The translations under genes were made by a program, and so were the position numbers. This document shows, piece after piece, positions 24,809-35,061 of a stretch of DNA of 47,147 bases; position 1 is the stretch's first letter; every line of letters starts with the position of its first letter. The notes under the pieces are model-generated. The model saw only the letters and a program-made list of their open reading frames with translations, was not told the DNA's origin and did no database searches. The stretch is from Candidatus Zambryskiibacteriota bacterium. GTDB lineage: Bacteria; Patescibacteriota; Minisyncoccia; Phycocordibacterales; DATDWN01. The stretch lies in contig JAPLZX010000006.1 of assembly GCA_026394815.1 (NCBI GenBank), forward strand, positions 1-47,147, given 5' to 3'.

Positions 24809-25815
24809 ACAAACCAAAAATTACTGTTTTTATTCCATTGTATAATAATGAAAAATACATTGGAAAAACAATTGAAAGTATTCTTAAACAAACATATCAA
24901 GATTTTGAAATTCTTATTATTGATGACAAATCAACTGATAAAAGTGTGGAAATTGTTATGTCCTACAATGACCCACGAATAAGATTAATGCATAATGATA
25001 AAAATGAGGGGGTGGTATATACAAGAAATAGAGGATTGGAAGAAACCCACACAGATTACATTGCAATCCTAGATTCAGACGATATTTCTTTACCAACTCG
25101 TCTAGAAGAACAAATAAAATTTTTGGAAACCCATCATGACTTTGCTTTAGTGGGAACATGGACTGAAATTATTGATTCAATGGGAAATAAAACTGGTGTG
25201 GTATGGAAAAATGATATTTCTCCTGAAATGATACCTATGATATTACTCTTCCAAAATTGTTTTAGTCAATCATCAGTAATGATAAGAATGAAGGCTGTTG
25301 AACAAAATAGGTATCGCAGTCCAGATACAGATGAAGATTATGACTTGTGGATACAAATATCAAAGAAATGGAAGATGTGGAATATTCCAAAAATTCTTAC
25401 TCAATATCGTACACACCAAACAAACATTAGTAAGAAAATATTCAAAAGACCATTTGTAGAAAATGAAATAAAAAATGAACTCTCTCGTTTAAATATAGAT
25501 ATAAATGACGAAGAAATGGTTATTCATAAAACAAATTATCTATATAATAAACCAGATGTAAAAGATTTTATTTTAAAACGAGAACAATGGCTTTTAAAGC
25601 TAAAAGTAGCAAACCAAAATGTTGGCCTTTTCTCAGAAAAAACTTTTACAGAAGTAATACAAGAAAGATGGCTTACTAGTTGTAGTGCCAATGCCTATGT
25701 TGGATTTTGGATATGGAAAACGTTTTGGAAATCTGATTTGAGTAATGGAACTATAAAAACCAACCTCCCTGCTATTTTAAAATTTTTTATAAAATGTCTT
25801 ATAAGGAAAACCTAA
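24793..25815 (+). CDS. GT2 glycosyltransferase
   Basis: ITVFIPLYNNEKYIGKTIESILKQTYQDFEILIIDDKSTDKS...ILDSDDI (DxD). Length 340 aa. Confidence 0.85.
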   Translation: MDTNINKPKITVFIPLYNNEKYIGKTIESILKQTYQDFEILIIDDKSTDKSVEIVMSYNDPRIRLMHNDKNEGVVYTRNRGLEETHTDYIAILDSDDISLPTRLEEQIKFLETHHDFALVGTWTEIIDSMGNKTGVVWKNDISPEMIPMILLFQNCFSQSSVMIRMKAVEQNRYRSPDTDEDYDLWIQISKKWKMWNIPKILTQYRTHQTNISKKIFKRPFVENEIKNELSRLNIDINDEEMVIHKTNYLYNKPDVKDFILKREQWLLKLKVANQNVGLFSEKTFTEVIQERWLTSCSANAYVGFWIWKTFWKSDLSNGTIKTNLPAILKFFIKCLIRKT

Positions 25816-27484
25816 TTTACTTTATAAACTATAATCCCGTTTACTGAATAAACCTGCTTTAAGAATTTCAAATCTTTTAATTTCCAGTTTGGATCTTTAA
25901 ATGTATCCCAAACTATATAATCCACCCTGTAAGTCTTGAGCTCTTTTTCAAAACTTTCTTTTTGAATCTTTTGTGCTAGTAATTTGATTCTTTGTATTTC
26001 TGAATCGGGTACCATCTGATATTGCACTTGTGGTAAACCAAACAACTTTTTTAATTTGTTTTTACTTAAATCATGCCCATACTCATCAACATAATGTCCT
26101 CCAAAAATTTTGCGTTGATTATCTCGAATATACCCATCTGTAAAATTATCAAAGTAATGATTGATTATAAATCGATTTTCAACTTCCTCGTTTGTCATAA
26201 AAGACAAAACGGAATAGCTGGATGAATAAATATTTTGAGTTGCTTATGTCATCATTTGCACAAACCACCTCATCCAGTTTGGCATTATTATTTAACCATT
26301 TAAAAATTGGTGCATAATTTTGAATATATATATCTGCTGGACCATAACTAACTTGCTGTTTTACTATTGCTACTGTCCCTTGTGCAGATATAAATGAAAC
26401 AACTACAACAACTAATATCAAGATCCATTTTTGTATTTTTTGAGATTTATCTTTTAGCCAAAGTGACAAAAGATAAATAACTACAAAAGCACACCAAAAC
26501 ATGTTGCCCAACATATAGTGACTTGAGAATTCTATATTTTTACCAGTTATTAAATGTTGATTTACAATTATTATAGCAGACAATACGCCGGAAAAAAGAA
26601 AGATGTTTTGCTGGTTTATAGTTACATATTTTTTAAAATATAAAATAATAAATATAACAACGACTATGGAAGCGACAAGCACACTATCAATTCCAGATGG
26701 AAAATGAGTGAAAATCATACCTAGACGAATAAGTGATTCGTTGTACCCTGGTAACTTTGAACTCTGCCACAGCGAAATAAAGTAAGGAATCGCTACAAAC
26801 ATCCCACCACAAAATATTAGAAAATATTTCTTATAAGAAACATCTTTTAAACGAAATATTAGACTCAAAAATATAAACACCGCAAACACAACCACATAGA
26901 AAGTCCAATAATATGGATATAGGTTGAAAAGAAACCCAAAAGAAATAGCACTTGCCACGGCATATTTATTTTCATTTTTGTTTATAAACAAAAGAAAAAA
27001 CAACAAAGTTGTCAACCAAAAAACAAAGACAAGTCCTGGAGGAGGCAACCGTAAAAAACCAAGGCCAAACAATCCAAGATGGAGTAATGCCGTTCCTAAA
27101 AGACTCCATTTCTTTGATTTAGTCAGAACAAATAAGATTAAATACGAAAGAAGTGCTAGAAGAAACGTCAACGCAAGGAATAGAAAGCCCTAACCATTGA
27201 ATAGGTCTTGCCAAAATATAATCAGGAATCCAAAATTGCATAGGCGCACCTTCTTTATGTTCATAAAGATATGGATTAGTTAGATATGGATGACCATCTA
27301 TCACATCTCTAGCTCTTGCCATATAAAAACCAACGTCCTTCATTACACCCATACTTATACCCTTAAATCCTGGCCTTGTACTCAAATCAATATACTGTGG
27401 TAATGAAGAGATAATACCTACAAGCAGTGCCAAAAAAACTATTCGATAATGATTGATTAAAAATAATTTTATTTTTGTAATCAT
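25812..27484 (-). pseudogene. Large polytopic membrane protein (possible lipid-linked-sugar transferase partner of the upstream GT2) broken into three ORFs by two frameshifts
   Basis: ORFs 27119-27484, 26179-27171 and 25812-26207 are colinear. Removing one G from GGG (minus strand; CCC at 27188-27190) joins ...IQWLG to FLFLALTFLLALL. The third frame is already open from ~26255 (ATQNIYSSSYSVLSFMTNEEV). Two of the ORFs begin with TTG. Confidence 0.6.
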
Positions 27485-27485
27485 G

Positions 27486-28202
27486 TTATTTTTTAAAAAT
27501 TTTATTCCTTAAAATCATTTTCCATGGAGCTATAATACCCTCACTAATAATATGACTTGAAATTTTAGATTCTCCCCCTACCCGATTATTAAATGTAATT
27601 GGAATCTCATAAAAAGTTCCTCCAGCTTTATATAATAAATATTTAAGCTCCATTATAAAAGCATAACCTGACATATCCATTTTTAATAAATTTATCTTTC
27701 GAAGAAGTTCAGCAGATATAATATTAAAACCTCCCGTGCAGTCATATATAGGCATACCAGTAATAACACGACAATATAAATTCCCATAATAACTTAGTAT
27801 TTGTCTCCATAATTCCCATCCGACTATTTTCCCTCCACTAACATAACGCGAACCAATGACTACAGAAAATTCTTTTGATTTTTTAAACATTTCCGGTAAA
27901 GATTCAGGGTTATGAGACAAATCAGCATCCATCATAACAATATGACTGACATCATCATTTTTTAATACTTCAGAGAATGCATTGGTATATGCTTGACCCA
28001 ATCCATTTTTTTTTAATCTTGAAATAGGGGAGAGTCGTGGGTATCGTCTTTGTAATTCTGTAATTACTGAACCCGTACCGTCTGGTGAATTATCATCAGC
28101 TATAACTATTGAGACATCCGGTTCAATTTTGAAAATAAGGGGAATCAGGGTGCTGATGTTTTCTTTCTCGTTGTATGTGGGAATAATAATTACATTTTTC
28201 AT
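27486..28202 (-). CDS. GT2 polyprenyl-phosphate sugar synthase (Dpm1/Ppm1/GtrB-like)
   Basis: VIIIPTYNEKENI...IVIADDNSPDGTG...GLGQAY...MMDADLSHNP is the classic DPM1-like pattern. Length 238 aa. Confidence 0.85.
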   Translation of the reverse strand: MKNVIIIPTYNEKENISTLIPLIFKIEPDVSIVIADDNSPDGTGSVITELQRRYPRLSPISRLKKNGLGQAYTNAFSEVLKNDDVSHIVMMDADLSHNPESLPEMFKKSKEFSVVIGSRYVSGGKIVGWELWRQILSYYGNLYCRVITGMPIYDCTGGFNIISAELLRKINLLKMDMSGYAFIMELKYLLYKAGGTFYEIPITFNNRVGGESKISSHIISEGIIAPWKMILRNKIFKK

Positions 28203-29368
28203 CCATTTTTTAATTTTACAAACTCAAGTACTTTTTTTGCTCGTCTCTCCCATGTGTATTTTTCTTTCACTTCTCCATAAGCAGTTTCGGCCAATGTTTG
28301 CGCAAGTTGGCTATCATTAGTAAGCCCTTCCACAGCCCCTGCTAAGGCCTCTGGTAAGCCCGGGGCAACCAATATGGCAGTTTCCTTATCAGAGAGAATC
28401 TCCCTTATAGAGGGCAAATCTGTAGCAATAATAGGCCTACCGGAAGCCATATACTCAAACATCTTCATGGGCGACATATAATGGCTATAATGCTCTGTAT
28501 TTGGATATGGTGCAATCAGATAATCACAAGCTGACATGTGAAGCGAGATGTCTATATGTGGAACATTCCCAACAAAAATGACTTTTTGGAGCAAATCTAA
28601 TTCCTTTGCATAAGCTTTATAGTAATCAATATCTTTTTGCTCTCCACCGACAATATATAGTTTGTAATCCGCTGATAAAAATTTTAAAGAGTCAATTGCG
28701 GTTGCTACTCCTTTTTCCATACCCATAGTTTTCAAAGTACCAACATATCCAACGAGGTAACCGGCTTCTGGAAGATTTAATTTATAACGAGCCTCTTTTT
28801 TAGAAAGATTATTAGAAAAATATTTTAAATCTACAGCATTTGGTACAGTAAGAATTCTGTTCTCAGACAAATTAAAACGCTTAGTAAATTCTTTAGTCTT
28901 CCAGTGATTAGTAGAAATCGTTCCAGTAATTCTCTTAAAAAATAAGTTGTATTTTTTTTGCTGTTCAGGAAAATCATGAGCCTCATAAAAAGTTCTCTTA
29001 CTAAAATATGTTAAAAACAAGAGAGCAACTTGCTCGTGAGAATAAAAAACATATTCACCAATTTTTCCAAACATTTTCAAAAAAATACTATATAAGAAAA
29101 CAGAAATAGCAAAGGAGAAGGAAAGGAGATAAAAACCCTTAGAAAATATATTGATAAGATCTAGAGTAAAAAAATATCTTATTTTAAAATTCTTTTCAAC
29201 TCCAAAATACTTAAAAACATCTTCCTTTGATAAATTGTTTCGCCTTAGAGGAACCCACAATTCAACTTCAATTCCCTCTTTTGCAAAAGCTTCGCAGCTT
29301 TTTACGCTAAACAAAGAACCTGCTTTTTCTGATGGATATCTAAGTGGAGAAATATAAATTAGTTTCAT
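28199..29368 (-). CDS. GT4 (GT-B) glycosyltransferase
   Basis: C-terminal Glycos_transf_1 pattern: VGYVGTLKTMGMEKG..., SPMKMFEYMASGRPIIATD. Length 389 aa. Confidence 0.8.
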   Translation of the reverse strand: MKLIYISPLRYPSEKAGSLFSVKSCEAFAKEGIEVELWVPLRRNNLSKEDVFKYFGVEKNFKIRYFFTLDLINIFSKGFYLLSFSFAISVFLYSIFLKMFGKIGEYVFYSHEQVALLFLTYFSKRTFYEAHDFPEQQKKYNLFFKRITGTISTNHWKTKEFTKRFNLSENRILTVPNAVDLKYFSNNLSKKEARYKLNLPEAGYLVGYVGTLKTMGMEKGVATAIDSLKFLSADYKLYIVGGEQKDIDYYKAYAKELDLLQKVIFVGNVPHIDISLHMSACDYLIAPYPNTEHYSHYMSPMKMFEYMASGRPIIATDLPSIREILSDKETAILVAPGLPEALAGAVEGLTNDSQLAQTLAETAYGEVKEKYTWERRAKKVLEFVKLKNG

Positions 29369-29473
29369 TTAGAAAATGATTATTGACAAAATCAATTCTA
29401 TATCATCGTCGAACTTTAGTCTATTCGGGCTTGAAAAAGTGCTTCTTTAGTATTAGGATTAGTCCTATATCAT

Positions 29474-30214
29474 ATGAACCCAACTTCTATACCTGAAATT
29501 TCGGTGATAATCCTTTGTTATAAATCTGGTGATTTTGCTAAGATTTTTTACAAAAAAATAACAGATGTCTTAAAAAAGAACAATCTAGCCTATGAAATAG
29601 TATTGGTAGGAAATTACAGGCCTAATACAGGAGACACTACCCCAGATGTATTGAGGAAAATAAAAAAAGAAGACTCCGCTGTAGTAACAGTGATTAAAGA
29701 AAAAACAAGTCCAGACCAAGGTATGAGTTGGGACATGCGGTGTGGTTTAGAAGCTGCTACCGGGAAAAGCCTTGCTGTAATAGATGGTGATGGACAAATG
29801 TCACCAGAAGATATACCAAGAGCTTACAAAAAACTTATAAATGAAAATCTGGATATCTGCAAAGGAAGACGTATCTCGCGAGAAGACGGATTGTATCGCA
29901 AGTTTATTTCACGAATATACAATATGATTATGAATGTTCTTTTTCCAGGGATTGTCTCGGACGATATTAATGGTAAACCTAAAATCTTTACCAGAAAGGC
30001 ATACGATTCCTTACAATTAGAATCGAATGGTTGGTTTATTGATGCTGAAATAATGATACGAGCAAAACATTTAGGTTTAAAAGTTGGAGAAGTTGATGTT
30101 GAGTTTCATGAAAACAAAAAAAGAAAGTCTTTTATTTCATTTGATGCAAATATTGAGTTTATTAAAAACATATTCATTTGGCGAATGAGAGAATCAAGAA
30201 TTTTGAAAAAATGA
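29474..30214 (+). CDS. GT2 glycosyltransferase (DPM1/GtrB-like, soluble form)
   Basis: ISVIILCYKSGD...AVIDGDGQMSPEDI...GWFIDAEIMIRAKHLG. Length 246 aa. Confidence 0.75.
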   Translation: MNPTSIPEISVIILCYKSGDFAKIFYKKITDVLKKNNLAYEIVLVGNYRPNTGDTTPDVLRKIKKEDSAVVTVIKEKTSPDQGMSWDMRCGLEAATGKSLAVIDGDGQMSPEDIPRAYKKLINENLDICKGRRISREDGLYRKFISRIYNMIMNVLFPGIVSDDINGKPKIFTRKAYDSLQLESNGWFIDAEIMIRAKHLGLKVGEVDVEFHENKKRKSFISFDANIEFIKNIFIWRMRESRILKK

Positions 30215-31089
30215 AAAAGAAAATATTCATAACTGGAGCAAGTAGTTTTTTGGGTGAAGGTTTGATAAATAAACTAAAAAATACGTACGACATTACAGTT
30301 CTTAAACATAACAAACCACTAAAAACATCTGAAGAAATCAGAGTAGTCCAAGGGGGAATAGAAAACGCTCCAGCTTGGCAAGCGGAACTACCTCTCGTAG
30401 ATATTATTATCCATATTGCTTCCATATCTCACACTAAAGATCCAAAAAATTATGAGAAAATAAATACTCGTGGCACAGAAAAACTCGTTAAAATAGCGGA
30501 AGAAAAAAATGTTAAACAATTTATTTATATTAGCACTCGAACTATTGGAGAGAAGTGTGGTGCTTATGGAACATCTAAAGGAAAAGCAGAAGAATATATC
30601 AAAAAAAGCAAATTGCCATATACAATCATTCGGGTTGGTGAAGTCTATGATGAAAGTTTTACTAGAGCCGAAGGCCTTGGAAAAATAGCCTCACTTGTTG
30701 AAAAAAGTTTTGTTGTACCCTATGTTGTCGATAAAAATTCTACTGTCTCCCCTATACATATAAATGATGTGCAAGCAGGCATTTTAGCTACTATTGATAA
30801 CGAACTCTCATACAACAAAACATACACACTAACTGGACCAGAAAATTTATCGCTAAGACAGGTGATAGAAAGAATATGTAAATTTAAGAAAAAATCCCCT
30901 ATTCTTTTTCCTGTCCCAAGAATTTTTGTTCAAATTGTTTATTATGTCATCACAAAAATCAACAAAAAAGCCGTACTTGATGGGCTTGAAAGACTTCTAT
31001 GGATACGAAAGGAATCGTTAAGTGCAAATGTTATGAACGATCTCCATATACACCCAAGATATTTCTTAAAATCTTTTCCTTGGAACTAG
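30211..31089 (+). CDS. NAD(P)-dependent SDR (epimerase/dehydratase/reductase family)
   Basis: KIFITGASSFLGEGL and YGTSKGKAE (YxxxK). The start at 30211 gives an ATGA overlap with the preceding GT2. Confidence 0.75.
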   Translation: MKKKIFITGASSFLGEGLINKLKNTYDITVLKHNKPLKTSEEIRVVQGGIENAPAWQAELPLVDIIIHIASISHTKDPKNYEKINTRGTEKLVKIAEEKNVKQFIYISTRTIGEKCGAYGTSKGKAEEYIKKSKLPYTIIRVGEVYDESFTRAEGLGKIASLVEKSFVVPYVVDKNSTVSPIHINDVQAGILATIDNELSYNKTYTLTGPENLSLRQVIERICKFKKKSPILFPVPRIFVQIVYYVITKINKKAVLDGLERLLWIRKESLSANVMNDLHIHPRYFLKSFPWN

Positions 31090-31103
31090 GAGGTCTCCCG
31101 AAT

Positions 31104-32585
31104 TTATTTATCACAATTAGTTGTTTTTTTGAACAAATAGTATTTACCCACTGATGTTTTTAAATAACAAGATGGAATTACACTGATAATTTCATCATTA
31201 CTGCCAATAAAAATAAAATCATTAGAAACATCACCTAAGCTATTTTTGTTTCCTAATTCAAACAATCCGGATAAAGTAAGATATTGAGAATAATTACCTC
31301 CTTTTAGAAAAACGATTGATTCAATCGTGTTGTAGAATAAAACTTTTTGAGTTGGTGATACTACAGATAACGCTTTAGACGTTTCAGCATTCATAGTATT
31401 TATAGATACAAAAGAGGTATCCGAAAGAAATATCAAATGAAAAAACTGAAAAATAATCAACGCAATCACCGTCCCAACTGCAATTTTTTTAAATAACTCT
31501 TTTTTAAAAAAACCTGCCAGAGCCACAATAGAAACAGGGAAAAATAAATACAACAAAACATTAGCTGGAAAAAAATAACGATACCATCCGGTTCCCAGAA
31601 GATAACCAAACCAATTTAAAACAATAACGAAAAAAATTAGGTGGTCGGTAATGTTAAAATCCCAATTTTCTTTTTTAAAATATCGTCTAACAAAAGTCAA
31701 CACAGTTGGAATAAAAAGAAATAGAAATAGAATTGGAGTGGATTCTTTCACAAATCTAATTAAATTAACGATAACAGTATTAAAAAGTGAGAATGAAGTA
31801 TTAGACATGGTTGACGCACCATTATTACCAGATTGATGAATTATAGTTGGAATAATTTGTGTCATAGAATCCAAAGTTGGATAATTAATTCTAAATAATA
31901 AAATAATGGGGATAAGAAATGCTACTAGTAATAACAATATATTTTTTTTATTGTTAATTTTTTTAATACAAAAAATTAAAGCTAAAGGTAGTGCCACTAT
32001 AAGCAATCCGAGATAAAGAGTTTTAGTTGATGCTGCTAAACCTAAAAAAATACCAGAAAAAATAGCTAGTTTTTTACTTTCAAAATTAGCTTCTTCTAAA
32101 TATAAAAGTAGAAACGTACCTAAAACCAAAAAAACTAATCCTGGCACCTCCCCTAAAACAGCCCTACCATTGCCATAAAATGGCGAAAAGGAAATTAAGA
32201 GTAATACTGTGCCAATTGCTGGATAAAAACTATATCTTTTTTTTGTGTAAAGATAAAAAAGAATAACCAATAGAAACATATAAATAATCATTGGTAATCT
32301 AGCCTGCCAAAGTCCTATACCAAAAAGTTTAAAAGAGGCAGCTACGGGGAAAATGACTGGATAATTTGTAGTGAATAGTGTGGCAGATCGAAAAAAAGAG
32401 CCTGGCTCGGTTTGAATTCCATAAACCCCATATAAGGAGACATTCTCAGCAATATTTGTAAATATACCCTCATCAACCCAAACTCTCGGTGTATCCGTAA
32501 AATGAAAAACAATAAGAAAAACTGCTAAAGAAAAAATTAGGGTTAGTATTATTTTTTTTGTTTTTTCTGTGATTTTTTCTTCCAT
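31104..32585 (-). CDS. GT-C-type membrane glycosyltransferase (ArnT/PMT_2-like)
   Basis: About 12 TM helices. The first extracytoplasmic loop carries VWVDEGIFTN (acidic DE motif). The soluble C-terminal domain ends at 31104. Start chosen at ATG 32585, 2 nt after the upstream stop. Confidence 0.7.
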   Translation of the reverse strand: MEEKITEKTKKIILTLIFSLAVFLIVFHFTDTPRVWVDEGIFTNIAENVSLYGVYGIQTEPGSFFRSATLFTTNYPVIFPVAASFKLFGIGLWQARLPMIIYMFLLVILFYLYTKKRYSFYPAIGTVLLLISFSPFYGNGRAVLGEVPGLVFLVLGTFLLLYLEEANFESKKLAIFSGIFLGLAASTKTLYLGLLIVALPLALIFCIKKINNKKNILLLLVAFLIPIILLFRINYPTLDSMTQIIPTIIHQSGNNGASTMSNTSFSLFNTVIVNLIRFVKESTPILFLFLFIPTVLTFVRRYFKKENWDFNITDHLIFFVIVLNWFGYLLGTGWYRYFFPANVLLYLFFPVSIVALAGFFKKELFKKIAVGTVIALIIFQFFHLIFLSDTSFVSINTMNAETSKALSVVSPTQKVLFYNTIESIVFLKGGNYSQYLTLSGLFELGNKNSLGDVSNDFIFIGSNDEIISVIPSCYLKTSVGKYYLFKKTTNCDK

Positions 32586-32587
32586 AT

Positions 32588-34279
32588 CTATGGTTTTAAT
32601 GGTGGAGCATTTTGACAATCATATATTATGGCTGAGATTTTCTTGTCTGTTTGATTATATATTATCTGACATGTATCAAAATATCTTTGATACATAGTAT
32701 CTGAACCAAATCGAGGAATATTAAGTACAAAAAAATGTTCTTTGAGTACAAATGAAGCAATCTTATCTTTTATATTTACTTCAAATTTTGGATCAATATA
32801 AAGTCTGGCATCATATTTGCCTGTAGCACGAATATCATTTCCACCATTATCATTATAAACAATTACTTTTTTTATATCTGGATTGTTTTTAATAAATTCA
32901 ACAGCAGGAACTAACAATTTAGGAGCAGAGCCATTCCAAAACCCAATTAAATATTCCTCTATGAATACTCCATTATAGGCCAGGCCGATAGGTATGAGAA
33001 ATATAATAATTAGTTTTTTGTATTGCGGTTTTATTTTAGCAAAAATCAAAGCCACTAAAGAAATAATCCAAGCTAGCGCCATAAACAAGAAAGAAACATA
33101 AAATCCCAAAGGGCCTGACCCGCCAGAAAATGGATAAACAAAATTCCACCTCAGACTTAAAATTCTAGAAATCCATTCTGCCTTAGGGTGAAGTGGTGGA
33201 ACATAATGTGGTAAAGATTGTAAGACAACAAGAATAAGAGCAACTATAATTCCTAGCAAAACAAATTCCCTTTTTCTTTTTTCCGTAGTAAAAATTACCG
33301 GTGTTATTATTACTGCAGTCATAACGGTCAGAGGTAATATGAGAAGTTGTAAATACCTATCAAGAGCTCCGATTGAAAAATCAAATAAAACAATGTAGAA
33401 AACAAATGCAAAAATAATAAAAAAGATAAATACTCTAATTTTGGAAAGTTTTTCTTTAAATCCTAAAAATGGGATTAATATCAAAAAAGGAGAAGAATAA
33501 AGAACAGCTTTAACAACTTGTATCGCTGTCTGAAACCATCCCCTGTCAAAAGTGAAAAAATGTTCCCAATAAACCAATGATTTTTCTAAATTAAAATAAG
33601 GAAAAATAAATTTTGAAATTAAAATTAAAACAAAAAACCCAATAATAGAAATAAACCCAACTCCAACATACTTAATAATAGTTTTTCTATCAAACAATCC
33701 TTTTTTTGACCAAAGAAAATCTGCTACTATCGCCCCTATTGCTAGAGCAAAACTAAGTTTTACCAAAATTCCAGCAACCAAACCAATTAACATAAGTGAA
33801 AACCAAAACCATTTATTTTTGCCGGTATGGTTTTTAAGTTTAAAATATCCTATTAAAGCAAGAAGGAAAAAGAATGGCATTATCTGTCCGTCTGTATCCA
33901 CCATAAGTGAAGCTAGTACAGAAAAATAAGAAAGTATCCAAATTACAGAAGCAACAACAGCCTCGCGCCGACCAAATAGAATTTTCATTAAACAATACAA
34001 AAGAACCAGATTAATTGCTCCGAAAAATAATGGAACAAATCGAAAGTGAACATTAAAACCAACTATATAGCCAGCAGTTTTATATATCAACTCACCTATT
34101 GGAGGGTGTGGTATGAAAACACTAACATTTAGTGCTGGATTAACAGACATTGGCCATTTATATTCATCTTGATGAAGGGGTAAATCTGTCCCCGGTAGAC
34201 GAATAGAAATAAAAACCAACACGAGCAAAACCACTAAAATCCATTCGTGTTCTTTAAAAAATGTTTTGACTCCACTCAT
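32588..34279 (-). CDS. GT-C-type membrane glycosyltransferase (ArnT/PMT_2-like), second copy
   Basis: 563 aa. LPLHQDEYKW loop after TM1, more than 12 TM helices, C-terminal soluble domain. ATGA overlap with the upstream GT2. Confidence 0.7.
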   Translation of the reverse strand: MSGVKTFFKEHEWILVVLLVLVFISIRLPGTDLPLHQDEYKWPMSVNPALNVSVFIPHPPIGELIYKTAGYIVGFNVHFRFVPLFFGAINLVLLYCLMKILFGRREAVVASVIWILSYFSVLASLMVDTDGQIMPFFFLLALIGYFKLKNHTGKNKWFWFSLMLIGLVAGILVKLSFALAIGAIVADFLWSKKGLFDRKTIIKYVGVGFISIIGFFVLILISKFIFPYFNLEKSLVYWEHFFTFDRGWFQTAIQVVKAVLYSSPFLILIPFLGFKEKLSKIRVFIFFIIFAFVFYIVLFDFSIGALDRYLQLLILPLTVMTAVIITPVIFTTEKRKREFVLLGIIVALILVVLQSLPHYVPPLHPKAEWISRILSLRWNFVYPFSGGSGPLGFYVSFLFMALAWIISLVALIFAKIKPQYKKLIIIFLIPIGLAYNGVFIEEYLIGFWNGSAPKLLVPAVEFIKNNPDIKKVIVYNDNGGNDIRATGKYDARLYIDPKFEVNIKDKIASFVLKEHFFVLNIPRFGSDTMYQRYFDTCQIIYNQTDKKISAIIYDCQNAPPLKP

Positions 34280-34989
34280 ATTTTTTTAAATCTATATTTG
34301 ATAATCAGTGGTAACATTTTAAAACCTAACTTTGCAGCTTTCCAAATACTACCTGTATATGTTGATTGTCCAACTCGTGGCATAAATATTACAGGTATTT
34401 CAATTGGGGTAAATCCTTTTTTGAGAGTCCATATCATAAACTCTGGAGACCATTTACCGTCACCACGGGATAGCGGAAAAAGAGGCATAATTTTTTCTAA
34501 AGCCTCGCGAGAAATAAGTTTGTATGTACAACCAACATCCGTAAGTGTTGGACCGTTATGTAAAGCTTCTAAAAACTTTGCCACAGCCCAGTTCCCAAAT
34601 CGCACAGAAAACGGCATAAAGGCACCAGACCAAATACTAGCTCGCGACGTGCGAGTGCCAAAAACCACAGGAAAATCATCGCTGTAAAGTAAAAACTTGT
34701 GAATGTCTTTGGGATCAAATGTGCCATCTGCTTCTGTCATTACAATCAAATCCTTTTTTGCTTCGCGCAACCCCCTCATATACCCAAACCCGTATCCTTG
34801 TTTTGTCTCCACGACCCTCCTAGCTTTTGTTTTTTCTATTTCCTCTTTTGTGTTGCCAAGAGCATTATTATCCACCACAACAACCTCATCCACCACGCCA
34901 GTAGCAAAAAAACCATTAACCACAGATGCGATTGAATCTGCTTCATTATATGTTGAAATAACTACACTAACACTTTTGTTTTTATACAT
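34276..34989 (-). CDS. GT2 polyprenyl-phosphate sugar synthase-like glycosyltransferase
   Basis: VSVVISTYNEADSI...VVVVDNNALGNT...GYGFGYMRG...VMTEADGTFDP. It heads the GT2/GT-C/GT-C operon. Confidence 0.8.
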   Translation of the reverse strand: MYKNKSVSVVISTYNEADSIASVVNGFFATGVVDEVVVVDNNALGNTKEEIEKTKARRVVETKQGYGFGYMRGLREAKKDLIVMTEADGTFDPKDIHKFLLYSDDFPVVFGTRTSRASIWSGAFMPFSVRFGNWAVAKFLEALHNGPTLTDVGCTYKLISREALEKIMPLFPLSRGDGKWSPEFMIWTLKKGFTPIEIPVIFMPRVGQSTYTGSIWKAAKLGFKMLPLIIKYRFKKI

Positions 34990-35061
34990 TCTGTAGTAAA
35001 AATTGAATAATTATCACACCTTTACACTATTATACTACTCATTTTATAGATTTATTCAATA

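Noticed and set aside
29398-29473. 9-bp direct repeat CTATATCAT (29398-29406 and 29465-29473) in the divergent intergenic region between the GT4 and GT2 genes
   Set aside because: The repeat is short and AT-rich, and the second copy simply overlaps the ATG context. I could not place it in a consistent promoter or operator geometry.
32586-32618. Start of the GT-C gene at 32618, overlapping the upstream GT-C gene by 31 nt
   Set aside because: The internal ATG at 32585 lies 2 nt after the upstream stop and gives a normal N-terminus (MEEKITEKTKK followed by the TM helix).
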